Part shown: positions 1 to 12,630 of the stretch, piece by piece
Layout: every line of letters starts with the position of its first letter
Numbering within the stretch: position 1 is the first letter of the stretch
Origin: Trichoplax sp. H2
Taxonomy: Eukaryota
Direction: 5' to 3'
DNA length: 64,000 nt
NCBI GenBank assembly: GCA_003344405.1
Contig: NOWV01000162.1
Span: forward strand, 1-64,000
Made by a program: the position numbers and the translations under genes
The notes under the pieces: generated by a model
Databases searched by the model: none
What the model was told of the DNA's origin: nothing
What the model saw: only the letters and a program-made list of their open reading frames with translations

Positions 1-124
1 GAAGCAAGAATGAACTAACTTTTCTATTAGCTAGACAATACAACTATAACCCATACAAGTAGTAATGAAAAATCTATGTATATCTGATATACTTAGCTAG
101 ATTGATTCCTTTTTCGCTTTATAG

Positions 125-1088
125 ATACTATCGGACAGCAAGTTCGACCTTTTTATCAAGAAGCATGGTTTATCATTATTATTGTTATAGCTTGTCTAGC
201 CCTTATTATAGCTATAGCTGTCCTACTTTGCAAAGGCCGTAAGAAAGCAGGTAAATTTCCAGGTTAGTGTGAATGTTGATGATCTTATTATAGTAGCCTA
301 CTTGCTTAGATGTTTTCTATTACTGTTAAAATCAATCGGCTGATTTTTCAATTTCTTTGTTTATATCGCATTCATATTAGCAGTTCCAAAAGGCAAACAG
401 TAAGTCAACCTTTTCAAAGTTTTCTTAATTATAGAGTAATTTCGATAGTCTGCATAGATTTACTAGCTACTAGCCAGTATAAACCCGGCTAGGCCGGGAA
501 TTTCTCCACAAAACGTATGAATCTATTACTTCACACAAAAATATCTACATGGCATTTATATACGAAACCCGCGTAAAAATCGGCTTCTACTTTATGTTTA
601 TAGATTATTTTTATTTAGTATTTTCATATACGTAGATTGTATTCTTTATGAATGTAACTAGAATATTAGAGCTATAATGTATTAACGGATTACTACTATT
701 ATTTACTGTTAGGAATCCACCTATTCCACCGCCTCCTGAGCCAGCAAACGAGGAATATGATAGCCTAAAGAGGCCACCTTTGCCTCCTATGCAGACTGAA
801 ACAATCCAACATGGAGACGAGTCGTTACTTGACAATGATAGCGTCGATAGCCTTGAACAATATGCTGACTTGCCTGGATTAAGTAAATTTAATGAGGACG
901 GCTCATTTATTGGTGAATATGGCGACAAGGAAATGGACAGATACAGCCAATATAATCGTGACAGCGTTGTTGAGCCAGCTGGTAGTCACTATGGCACAGT
1001 CCGTGATGATGCAAGCTATCATACTAATCATACTAATCATAATACCCTCGATGTCGATAATAGCACTACTTTTTCAACTTTTGTCTAA
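125..1088 (+). CDS. L1CAM-like: L1CAM/neuroglian-family cell adhesion molecule, paralog A (3' end only: TM exon, micro-exon, cytoplasmic exon)
   Basis: Exon 125-262 encodes RPFYQEAWFIIIIVIACLALIIAIAVLLCKGRKKAGKFP (TM plus basic stop-transfer). Exon 381-399 is 19 nt. Exon 713-1088 encodes NPPIPPPP...DSLEQY...KFNEDGSFIGEY...FSTFV*. GT-AG junctions keep the frame. FNEDGSFIGxY is the L1-family ankyrin-binding signature. The gene continues upstream of the window. Confidence 0.9.
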
Positions 1089-2229
1089 TTTCTGGCATAG
1101 CTCAGCATCTTCTTAAGTAACAACATTTAAATCGTTTAAATTCAGTATTTTATGTGACAGCAAGATACATTTTCCTAATTCGCATATCATTATGCCTATA
1201 CAGTATTATTAACTAGTTAAAAGTGATGATAAAATCCATTTAAAAATTCTAACATTGTTTACTTGGAAAAGATCAGATCATAGTAATAAGAAAAGAAAAA
1301 TACATGGCAAGGTACAATTAATCTAATATTGGATCTAGGTATTCATTTTAATCTCTCCAATAATAATCAAATATCGTAATTCAGTAATATTATTGCTGCA
1401 ATACTACAAGATCCTGAAGGCTACAATTAATTCTTGACATATCAAATAATCGGTCTCACTCTTATATTCTGAAGTAATCTATGCATATAACAATATTCAT
1501 TCATGATTGTTTAAGAACAACACCTACTCGTTGGATTATATTGTAATTTGATCATGTATGGAAGCTTAATACTAATAATTATAGAGAATCTAATTGAATA
1601 TCATTAGAATCGCAATTTAAAGAAATAGATTCTGTACGATCTTGCAATAGTAGGTTGGTTCCACATTTTTCTATAGATAAAGTGATAACTGAATGGTGAT
1701 TTCGGACACATTTATGGCTATGTTACTTGCATCTGTCAAACATAAATTGGATATATTTTTATCTTTGCAGGATTTTCATTTATACTACTGTATTTATCCA
1801 CTTATAATGTGCTAAATATTCTAAGTTCGTAAAAGTGAATATGAAACCCGCAATAATGTCAGGAAGTGATAATTCTGTTTGTTTAATCTGTTAGTTTTGA
1901 TGTTTAGTGGTAACCGTGATTTAATCTCCTGACATGTATTACACTGGACTATTAAATTTGACTTTATATTATTCTAATCGTACTGGTGAAAATATCTATT
2001 TGTACAATCTTTTGTGTTATTCCTATTGCAGCAATATCATAGTGGGTCTTATTTAATCCAAGTTTATCTATTACTGTATTCATTATTCATCAATTTATCC
2101 AACTTGGTAATTTCAAAAAGTTTGCCCTGTATGTTGATACTAAAGATAATAATGATGATGTTCAGCTTGCAGTTTAATCGCAAATAGTGGGCAAGTCTAA
2201 AATCGTATGATTTTAACCATCATTGCTTA

Positions 2230-3480
2230 TTGTTACTTTCAATGCAGAAAGATACTGCAGCATTTTTACTTTAACAGCGTTGATAATTTTCAAGATTTGT
2301 GTCCGATTTGCTATATAGAGTAATAAAGAGACAGAAGTTATGTATTCAATTACTGTGAATTGAATTTTATCAATTTAGCTAAATAGAAAATTAGCATTTT
2401 CAGCACATATATAGAACGCTACCTGCATAGTTGTTGTAAGTAAGACAGCATAAATAGTGATATAATGCCTAAATTTATTATTCGCGATTACAGGACTTTA
2501 ATCTGCGTAAGAAGCTTTACATAGTGCACAACTTTGATAATTCTAGTTACAATGTAGAAAGATTAAACCGCGCTATTTCTCAATAAAGGCGATAGTGGTT
2601 GTATAATCGACTGTTATGATAGCTTCGATTCATTTAGCGGAATTAAAAACTAACATCAAGACAATATCAGGCACTACTTTCACTTTTATGTATGACAGTC
2701 ATAGCTTTAATTAAACTTAAATCGAGTATTCTCTACTTGTATAATTTCCGTTTAGTGCATGGGTGTCACAATTTTAGTTATAATGCAGAGAAATCTAGAT
2801 CACGTTTTTTCATCGTAAAAGGAATCAACCATTATCATGATTTTTATCAATTTAGCAAAATAGAAAATCACCATTATTAGGACAATATATAAGCTACTTG
2901 TACTCTATTTAAGGCGTTACTAACTGCACTAAATGGTTTATTCACTATAGCTAATACAGACTTTCGTACTTACATCCGAAGTTTCAGGTTCATAGCTTTT
3001 ATAGTTCTAGTGACAATGCAGAAATTGTACTACGTCACTTTGCAATAAAAGTGATGGAAATAATGTACATGGATCAGGATAATTTTTATCAACTTAGCAA
3101 TATAGAAAGCTATTATTACCAAACATCGAACGCAATTGGTAGCATGTAGAAATGACGTAAACAACACCTTATTTAATATTCTCTATTAAAGAATTTCTTA
3201 CTTGTGTAAAAAGTTCTACCGAATACATGACTCCCATAGTTCTAGTAGTGGTATAGAAAGATTATATCACGTAATTTCGTCATAGAAGAGATAGAGTAGT
3301 AAAATTGATTGTTAAGATGACTTCATCTATTTAGTATAAATATCCTATATAAGATAGCGCTAACTATATAGTACATGAAGTAATTATTTTATAATACAGT
3401 CCAGTTAGGAGTTTCTTACTTATACAAAAAGCTGTGCATCGTGGATGAATTTAATAGCTCTAATTTAATTTGCAGAAAGA
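2230..3480. repeat. Degenerate tandem array, unit about 230 bp, 5-6 copies
   Basis: Recurring TTCTAGT..AATGCAGAAA and TTTATCAATTTAGC motifs; AATGYAGA-like anchors near 2241, 2551, 2782, 3015, 3250 and 3470. Confidence 0.6.
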
Positions 3481-4861
3481 CTACACTTTATTCCGCGGTG
3501 GCATTTTGGAATAAAACAGAAGACTGTGATACTTTCAAAGTGGCTAATTCTCCTTGATGCATGATTTGGTCCCTCAAACTCACTTGTATACCCATAAAAT
3601 ATTTCACACTAATAAACGAAAATGATACAGCTATCTTACTATTCATGTGCTAACTATCACTTATGTAGATGTTAAAAGTATACAGTTCCAATTTGTCGAC
3701 AATATGGCAATAAGTTCTAGAAATAATAAAGCAAAAGAAGAGATAAACGTATTAAGAAAGCATAATGCTGTACTTTTTTAAGACCTATACTGACACGAAT
3801 AGCCAAAATATACAATCCACATGCATAAGCTAAAAGAGTATCTTATCAACGCATAGAAATAGAGTATATGGTAGAATATTCCGGAACTTACTAGTAGTTA
3901 TTACAGTATATGTGTATATGAAATCAATTTTGTAGAAGATGCTACATGCTTACGAATGCGAGCACGTACGCATTCTAGACTAACGCTTGAGAAGTCACTC
4001 TAATTGTATTATGAGAATTAGCTGCTGATATATTGGCCGCGGATATTAATTATAATTATTAGATTATTCGTTTTTTAAAACAAACAAATATGATTGTAGT
4101 CGTCGGAGAAAAAATAATATTCTTATTCAACAGTCAGAAATTTTAAAATTGATGTAAATGATCTCATATTTATCGCCATTGGCTTGTATACTTGAAGAAA
4201 GTATTCTAGTAGCCTATGAGATTATGAAACACAGTTGTATAGTTATGCTGCATAAAATTTTTTATAAATATTAGTTAGATATAAATGATAAAAGATAGTA
4301 CAAGTAGTTAATTTAATAGAATGTAGGTCTATGTCATAGAAATTTCCTTTCTGACGCTTTTTATTATCAAAATAATATTTACTGGAATACAAATGCAATC
4401 CATTCAAATTTGGTATGACAGATGGATTATGCTCATTATTTTACATCATTCCATATTGTTTCTCCACTAAGGCATTTCTATGATATTAATATTAATATTA
4501 GAATCAAATTGATCAAGAAATAATTATACAGTATCTACGAAGACTGCATAGCTTAAATTAGTCAATAAGATATATTTATCAGATAATCGATAATAATATT
4601 GTAATAAAATAATAGGATCAAGACAGATGTATTTCTGAGAATATTTCGTTAATACTTTAGTGATAAGATGCTATAGGTAATCATTTTCGCATGATTTTAT
4701 TATATATAAAACATTATTTCTTTTCCTTCTAATTAATAGAATATACAAAAACCCTCAGTTAATCACACAATACCAGTAGTTAGTTTTGCATGCCTAACAA
4801 CTTCGGTTACAGAAAGAGTAATATTATTATGATACAATATTCGACATGTGGTTAGAATATA

Positions 4862-7477
4862 TTATCGGATAGTTTTTTGGCTAAAGGAATAACGACTGAC
4901 CGTTCGCCTTGTAGAGTGCCTAGTATTTAACTCAGGGCGAACAATAATTAAATAGATTTTATAGGAATAAAGGCATAAAACGACAACAATTGCAAATATA
5001 GTTACACCAAATGATATCACTGCGATAGACGCTAATCCACTGGTAGCAAAATAAAATGGTACCAAGTATAAAAGTGTCATACACATTACAACACAAGTAA
5101 CCAAGATACATTTCGCTTCGTTGAAGTTACTTGGCAATTTACGCGCTCGATAGGCAAGTGAAATGCATATAACATTACCTATAAAAAGCCCAACTACTAA
5201 TATAATAAATGGTGCTTTTGTTGTCGCTTGGCAGTTGGCATAAACTAGATTATTGGTTGAGATATATCTGCCAACTTCTATAGGATAGACTAATAAGGTA
5301 ATCCCTACTATAGCTACAATAACAATAATTAAAACTGATACAATAATAAATTGACCACATGTTCGGTAGAGTAAACTTTGGCGTATAGCTGAAGGATTGC
5401 GAACATTAAATAATCCTAACATTAATTGTGTTTTAACCATGATAGAAGCAAGTATACAAGTGCACGAAAAGCTAAGTATTAGCAAAACTAATGAACAAAT
5501 AGTTGTAGTTAATGGTAATACGAGTAAAATTGGTACAATATATAAAATTATAACACCAAATAAGAGGATATGAGTTAGAAGACGATGGGTAGCTCGAACA
5601 ATTGGTGTTCTTCGATAGATAATCATACAAATCCAAACGAGGAGAGTAATGATAGCGCAAAAGCTCACTACAGTTAATAACGCGATAACAAGTGGATCAC
5701 TTATTTGCAAATGAGTAACTTGAACATCTTGACATTGAGATTGATTGGCGAATGTACCCCATGAACATGAATAACAAACTGGAGCATTCGTAACATTGGA
5801 TATTGTATTAGGAGGGCATGGTAAGCAATCCCAGCAGCAACTACTCTTATTTTTTCGATATCTTCGATAACTCCCCGGCTGACAATCACCATGACATGTC
5901 GATATTGGAATTTGACTGGAATTGTTACTATTCCATACAATCGGTTGATAAAGAAATAGAGTTAATTCTTGATCTATTGGCTTAGAACCATTCCACATCC
6001 CGATTGTAATAAAATTTAATGTATCTTGTTGTGGCTGTAGATTAATAATAGTATAGACACCTTGACTATTTCCTTCTTGATCAAATTGAAACGATGGATC
6101 TGTTATACCATCAAAAGTAATATTATCTAACGATGGAGTTATTTTTAAGCGTAACTGACTTAAAGGTAAATCTAATCGGCAATCATGATCATCGCATTCT
6201 AACGCATGATGTAATGCATGAGCTGTTGCAAAAACTGAATCGATAACGTAACCAGATTTACCATCAGCAATTAATGAGTCTAATGTTTTACCATTGTTTT
6301 TTAGCCAAGTTTGCCTAGTTTGACAGCTATGAAAGCTCATATTGTGATCCATTCCTAATTGTTGTCGCCAATAAGAAGTTAACCAAGATTGGTCTTGGTC
6401 TTTGCTATGGTTATGATGATTGCATAAATCTAAATCTTGTAGATAGTATTGAAAATCAGTTGATAAACCTTGATCTAAGACAACACCTAAAGCTCCTCCA
6501 ATAACATCATGGCGGATAGTCTTTAACTGTGGTGAATCGCCCCAGCCATCAGATGCAATAAATGTCCTGCCCGTTAAATTATACTTTTCAGCTTGCTTAA
6601 AAAATTGAATAGCTTGATATTCAGAGCATATTAATATAATGACTTGTATAGCAGTGTCATCCAATAAGGAATGGATAATTTCTTTTACATCGGTTGTTAA
6701 CTTTGTTGTTGAAAAACGTCGTTGTAAAGGAATACAAATTCCTCTTTGAGAAGCTAAAGCTGTTACTGAATTCACTAAGAACTGGCCGTAAATATCGTCA
6801 GCTGCTACTGTAGCAATATAATTCCAACCAAAATAAGTTAATAGATCAAGAAATACTTTAGCTTGATGAATATCGGATGGCACAGTCCTAAAAAATGTTC
6901 TAAAATGAACTCGATTGCTTAAAATTCGACTCGTAGATGCATAACTAACTTGAGCTAAATTATATTGATTGAATAATGTTGCAATAGCAATAGATTGTTC
7001 ACTTGTTCTTGCTCCGATGACTACGATAGGTTTTGTTAAAGTTTTATTACTATTTTCTTTCCTTCCATGAGCTGATGAAGTAGAGCATAGTTGATTGTTC
7101 TTATTGGATGGCTGAGCGTATTGAATAGCATAAGAAAGGGCGAGTTGGGAGCTACTACATGTATCAAGTAAATGATAGCCAAGTTTTATTTTAGGTAAAA
7201 GATTTGGGTTATCATTGATTGATTGAATAGCATAAATCATGGCTTCTGCATATTGTATTCCCCTTATATTAATCGATGAGCAAAGATTAGAATCTGGATC
7301 ATATAAATCGTGAATATCGAATAATCCACCTAATATAACATCACCAGGTTGATAAGTTTTATTGGGAAATAGCATAGAATTACTTAAATCATCTTTGCTA
7401 CTCATTCCTGGCCATATTTGCACTAGTAGAAATATTAGTTGACCATAGATTGGATATTGCACTAAATTGAATTTCAT
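4862..7477 (-). CDS. Class C GPCR (mGluR/CaSR/GPRC6A-like putative amino-acid sensor), intronless CDS, 871 aa
   Basis: Signal peptide; Venus flytrap motifs GDVILGGLF, LLPKIKLGYHLLDTC, QVSYASTS, FFRTVPSD, FIASDGW; cysteine-rich domain (CHGDCQPG...CCWDCLPC); seven hydrophobic segments with RKLPSNFNEAK; short C-tail. Confidence 0.95.
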   Translation of the reverse strand: MKFNLVQYPIYGQLIFLLVQIWPGMSSKDDLSNSMLFPNKTYQPGDVILGGLFDIHDLYDPDSNLCSSINIRGIQYAEAMIYAIQSINDNPNLLPKIKLGYHLLDTCSSSQLALSYAIQYAQPSNKNNQLCSTSSAHGRKENSNKTLTKPIVVIGARTSEQSIAIATLFNQYNLAQVSYASTSRILSNRVHFRTFFRTVPSDIHQAKVFLDLLTYFGWNYIATVAADDIYGQFLVNSVTALASQRGICIPLQRRFSTTKLTTDVKEIIHSLLDDTAIQVIILICSEYQAIQFFKQAEKYNLTGRTFIASDGWGDSPQLKTIRHDVIGGALGVVLDQGLSTDFQYYLQDLDLCNHHNHSKDQDQSWLTSYWRQQLGMDHNMSFHSCQTRQTWLKNNGKTLDSLIADGKSGYVIDSVFATAHALHHALECDDHDCRLDLPLSQLRLKITPSLDNITFDGITDPSFQFDQEGNSQGVYTIINLQPQQDTLNFITIGMWNGSKPIDQELTLFLYQPIVWNSNNSSQIPISTCHGDCQPGSYRRYRKNKSSCCWDCLPCPPNTISNVTNAPVCYSCSWGTFANQSQCQDVQVTHLQISDPLVIALLTVVSFCAIITLLVWICMIIYRRTPIVRATHRLLTHILLFGVIILYIVPILLVLPLTTTICSLVLLILSFSCTCILASIMVKTQLMLGLFNVRNPSAIRQSLLYRTCGQFIIVSVLIIVIVAIVGITLLVYPIEVGRYISTNNLVYANCQATTKAPFIILVVGLFIGNVICISLAYRARKLPSNFNEAKCILVTCVVMCMTLLYLVPFYFATSGLASIAVISFGVTIFAIVVVLCLYSYKIYLIIVRPELNTRHSTRRTVSRYSFSQKTIR

Positions 7478-8679
7478 ACTTGATGATATTTTCCTAATTC
7501 CTTTTTTGGAAGAGTAATTTCAAAATTCTTTCTTGAATATAGTTCTAAGATTATTATGATAATAAGTAAGAAATTGACTTCAAAAATAGCTTGAGTTAGA
7601 AGAACTGGTGGATAATAAATTCAACATGAAATGAATTAGCAAAAATATGAAATGGAGCTGGTAAGAAGAATCGATATTTTTTTTTAATAAAGTTCTAAAC
7701 TCATGAACTTATAAGTACAGTACTCGTATATACAATATGATCAGATGATACAAACAGATATTGGATAAAGTATAATAATGGTGAGGATAACTGAGCAATC
7801 CGTTTAATAAATTTCTTTTAATCCGTACAAAAAAGTGAATAAGCAAAGATCGAGGGAAATATGTAATAAAAAACTTCCTGCTTGCATTAGAAGACTACAT
7901 CTAGGCTTTGCAATTAGTGATATTCAAGTTCAAAGAATAAATGGATCAAATAATTAATAAATTGTATGAAATTGTATCTTTGATGTAGTGTACAGGTTGA
8001 ATAAAAACAGTAAAGTTTCGCTTAGTAAAGTAGAAATCAATCCTTGATGATGATAAAAAAAACAAAATTTTCTTTCATTCGTTTACGATGAACAGTTTTA
8101 TAGCCTTAAATTTACCTGTCAGTAGCTTGTAATAGATTTATCGCTTTTCTCAAATAGTTTCTATATCAGGAGAACATATAAGCTATCTGGATCGATATGA
8201 TGACTAAAGATCAAAAAGCATTTAAAAAAGAGATTCCTTTAATAATTGAAATATTAAAGCGGTCATGATGATAACAATATTTAATAGAAATACGACTTCA
8301 CCATTAAAAGTAATGCAACAGTAAAAGATTGCTTAAAGTAATAATTCTAAACTGTTATTCCAGTAAAAATAAAGTAAGAAGGGGCAACATCAGGTACTGC
8401 ATTATCATGAAATATCTTACCGATATTTAGTGAAGGCGTAGGTTAATTTCAGATAAAATAGGAATTTTACGGCGCTAGTGCCATGGCTGGATGACTGTGA
8501 TTAAGATTACCGCAAAAAGTAACTGAAAAGGGAATACTCAATCTTGTATTCTTTTAGAGTCAATACGAACGAAATAAAATACGATAAAACAGTAAGGAAG
8601 AAGAAATGTCAATTTCTTCTTTACAATTAAGGCAAATGTGAAATTTCCTTCCCACAATAAATTAGTAAAAGTAATCGGA

Positions 8680-9265
8680 ACTTTTGGGTGATATCCAAGT
8701 CAATATCATTCGATCCTACTAAAGAATCACAAGGATCCAATTTCTTACTTTGACTATAAGGCAATAAAGTAACCTTGACTACTGCTCATATCCAAGTTAA
8801 TATCTTTTAGTAAGGTGATGGAATTAATAAGGATCTAATTCCTTGTTTTTGCTAATTTCCGAGTTCAATATCTTTCAGTCAGATTGTAGAATCAGTGAGG
8901 ATGTAATTTCTATTTCCACTTGTAAATTCGTATAATAGGCTTGACCTATCGCTGATATCCAAGTCAATATCTTTAAAATTAGCGAGGATCTAGTTTCTTG
9001 TGCTATTTATTAATTTGTAAAGCTTGACATTTTGCCGATATCCAAGTCAATATCTTAAAGTCAGGCTATAGAAACAGTGAGGATCTAATTTCTTGTTCTA
9101 CTTATCAATTCGTAAACTAAGCTTTAATATTTTTGCTGGTATCCAAGCCAATATCTTTTAATCGGAGGATAGAATTCAAGAAGATTTAATTTCTATTTGC
9201 ATTTATTAGTTGGTAAAGTAAGCTTCGATTTTTTGCTGGTATCCAAGTCAATCTCTTGCAGTCAA
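8680..9265. repeat. Degenerate tandem array, unit about 70-100 bp, about 7 copies
   Basis: ATATCCAAGTCAATATC-like motif near 8690, 8788, 8858, 8955, 9038, 9139 and 9240, usually followed by AGGATCTAATTTC-like sequence. Confidence 0.75.
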
Positions 9266-11099
9266 ATTGTCAATTTGTTCCTTTTTTTCTCTACTAGTAA
9301 GCTATCAGTGGCTACTGGCTATTCAATTTTGTTGATCATTGTCCGATGACAGTATTGATGGCAATAAAAAATTACCCAATAACAACGACTATTGATGATT
9401 CAATTCCTTCTGCAAGGGATTGATCAGGTTACCTATCATTTCTTGGATCTTGCTTCGCGTTGATCAGGTATTGAAATTTGGATAATTCATTTATTGACAT
9501 TCGATGACGACATCAAAGACAAAGTGGTTGACGAAAGAATAAACAAAATCATTTTCTCTCTATCCCATTTTGAGCACAAAAATGTGCCAAACTTTGGCTT
9601 ATGAATAAGAGTGGACGATACAAATTGTATTAAACCCCTGTTGATAACCTTGATTGGGATTAAGAATGCTTTGATTGATAAATATGGAAATATTGACATC
9701 AAGTTATTCAATGGAGTTAATTAAGACGTGGCTACTGTTTTAACTGGTCTTTTATCAAATAGTCAGCAGATTTTTCTGATTGTTCATGATGGCAATTCTA
9801 TTCTTTCTACTACTATATTCAACAATGTGGATGGATTAATGCTAACATCAGTACAATTAAGATCATGAGACTTTTGTGTCTTCTTTTAGTCTAAATTAAA
9901 ACTATTTATCCCTGGAATCATTTCTGCAGGAATAGATACATTCATTTGTAATTAGGATTTGGCATGAGTGTAATTCTATTGCTATGAGGATTAGCAGCAT
10001 TACGGTAGAATTGAATTGATAGTTTTAGCTAAACTGGGTATATTTTACCTATAGAAGAATTTGTTATTTTTCGTAGTGGCTCCTTAGGTGTGTATCGTCG
10101 TTGATTCGAAGATGATTAATTTTAAGGGTGATATTAAAATCGTTACTTCAATCTTGGCTACTTTTTCTGCCTTATGGAAGCTCCATTTTAGAATTGAATG
10201 TATCAATGAAACTAAATCTAAATCAATATTCAAAGACCTCTAGCTTTTTTATGACCCCATTGCTCTTTCTCGCTCTCTTAAACTATTTCATTAATTTGGA
10301 TTAACATGCAACCGTTGTAAATAGAAACCATGATGATGGCAACATCAATAATGATATAATCTACTTCGGCTATTTTATGTTCGTGACTTGCAAATTCTTA
10401 TGTTACTGCAATATAGAAGCTTTTTGGAAATTGAATATAAAAACAAAATTATTGACTATAGCTCTTTCCTTTTACTAAATACCTGATTAAGTCACCATTG
10501 CATACCTCTACTATAGCATTAAAATATCCAAAAATAGAATAAAAACAACTTTTCATCTTGTCACGATATAATCCATGTTAAGGAACGATTGCATTGAGAA
10601 CAAACGTATTTTATTTTCTCTAATAGGATTCCAAAGTAAGGGAGCCCAACATCTGGTGTGCAATAAATTATACAAGGGATAAAACAAATTAGAACCACCA
10701 TATTGACATAAATAACATCATTAAAAAAATGACCATTGTCCTCATTTGAATTCCTTATTAATGGAATCGACTGTAGTTCTAGTTTTAAGGAATTAAAGGA
10801 AATATTTATTTATAAAAATATAACTATTTCCGTTAACATACAGCAGTGCTGCTAACACTTACGTAATGTGATTGCGTAGCAGGAGTTCATGCTGACTCAC
10901 CTAATTGAATATTAATAAGTAAAATAAAATCGAAAGAGAGAATTGTCAACTTTTAGATTCGTTAAACTACGGTATGACATCATTCATGAAGAATGGATAA
11001 ATTTTGTAATCAATCTGTTGGAATAGTGAGAAAGAACATTTTCTATGTGATCGATGGTTGTTTTGCTGTAAAAGCTGGATCGGAGATTGATAACCTATC

Positions 11100-12630
11100 A
11101 ACATCCTTGTAGAACTTGGTAAAGTACAGCGAATGAGAATATTCTCTAATTTACTCTATACATAGTCATCTTCTATCTGGAATCAATTTCCAGGATAAAT
11201 TGTTTAGCCTAATCGAACTGTGGTCGATTGCAGTTTAACGATCTCGGCAATCAATTTGTAGTAAGAGTGCGTATGGGAACACTTCCAATGGATACATAAA
11301 CTCTTCAGTAAGCTTGTAGCAGTAAAGTTAATGTGAATATTCTCTACTTTACTCTATAAATTATCATCTTCTTTACCTGAAATCAATTTATAAATCTCGG
11401 TGATCAATCCGTAGAAGTACTATGAAAGTGTAAATTCCCATCTAATGGATCAACTCTTTAATAAAGTTGTAGTAGTAAAGTTAATGAGAATATTCTCTAC
11501 TTTACTTTATGAAACGGTTATCATTTTTGATCATAGCCAACTTATAGATTACCAAGCTTAATCTAACTATAATCGATCGGAATTGAACGATCTCCGTAAT
11601 CCATTTGTAGGACTAGCGTGAAAGAGATTATTTACAATGTATCTATAAACTCTTTATTAAGCTTATTGTAGTACAGTTCAAGAGAATATCCTTTACCTTA
11701 TAAGTTGCTATCTTCTCTTAATGGAAATCACTTTATAAATCACTAAGCCTAATCTCACTATAACCCATTGAATCGAACAACCTCAGTAATCTATTTGTAG
11801 TAATAACACGAAAGAGAAAATTTCCAATACATGGATAAACTTATCGATAGATAGTAACAGTAAGCTAAAGGGAATACTTATTACCTTGCTTTATAAATTG
11901 TCATCTACTTTTAGCTGATATCGATTTACAAATCACTAAGCCTAATAGAAAGCAAGAAAAATGTGGAGGAGAGCAATAGTTGTTTTACTCAGCCATTCTT
12001 TCTTCACTCTAATCCTAAATCGATTGACTAATAGCTAACCCTTACGTAAAGCAAGAAAATTAAAGAAGATAATTGTTTATCATCGTCTATCAGACGATTT
12101 TGTTTCAAACCTCCCTAAATAAGCTAAAATGGAACACTGAATAAGGAAATAATCTGATTTACTCTGTTGATAATTATCTCGTTTATTACCTAATATAACT
12201 TGAAATCGACTTGGTAATCGATAATCCTAAAGTATCGCAAGAAAAAAATTATAGAAGAAAAATTATTTATTACAATCTATCGGATATTACTCCACTTCTG
12301 TAGGAAAACTCATTTTGTATCTTTATATCCAAAAATAAGCTGAAAGCAATAACCAACGAGAAACTGATGTTATTAACTTTAGTAAAAATGATAGTGTTGA
12401 TCGCATGTTCTAACTCAAAATTGGTCTATTAATCACTAACTCTAATAAAAAATAAGAAAAATTGAAGGAGGAAATTATTTATCATGGTCCATCAAATAGT
12501 ACTTCCCTATTACTGGAAAATCCGTTTTATTATTTTAACCTAAAATAAACTAAAATGAATATCAAATAAAAAATCAGATTTACTGTACTGACAATGATCC
12601 CGTTTTCTTAAAATCAATTAACTAATTGGA
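11100..12630. repeat. Two adjoining degenerate tandem arrays, units about 150-200 bp
   Basis: GAATATTCTCTA-like motif near 11137, 11336, 11488, 11683 and 11872; then GCAAGAAAA and AAATAAGCTAAAATG-like motifs recurring over 11950-12560. Confidence 0.65.

Noticed and set aside
8680..9265. Regularly spaced conserved motifs resembling a CRISPR array
   Set aside because: The intervening sequences are homologous to each other, the repeats are degenerate, the context is eukaryotic and there are no cas genes.
9484..9725. Protein-like + strand frame with one internal stop, and the antisense 74-aa ORF
   Set aside because: No recognisable homology. It may instead be a 5' UTR exon of the class C GPCR (possible minus-strand donor at 9432 and acceptor at 7658), which I cannot confirm.
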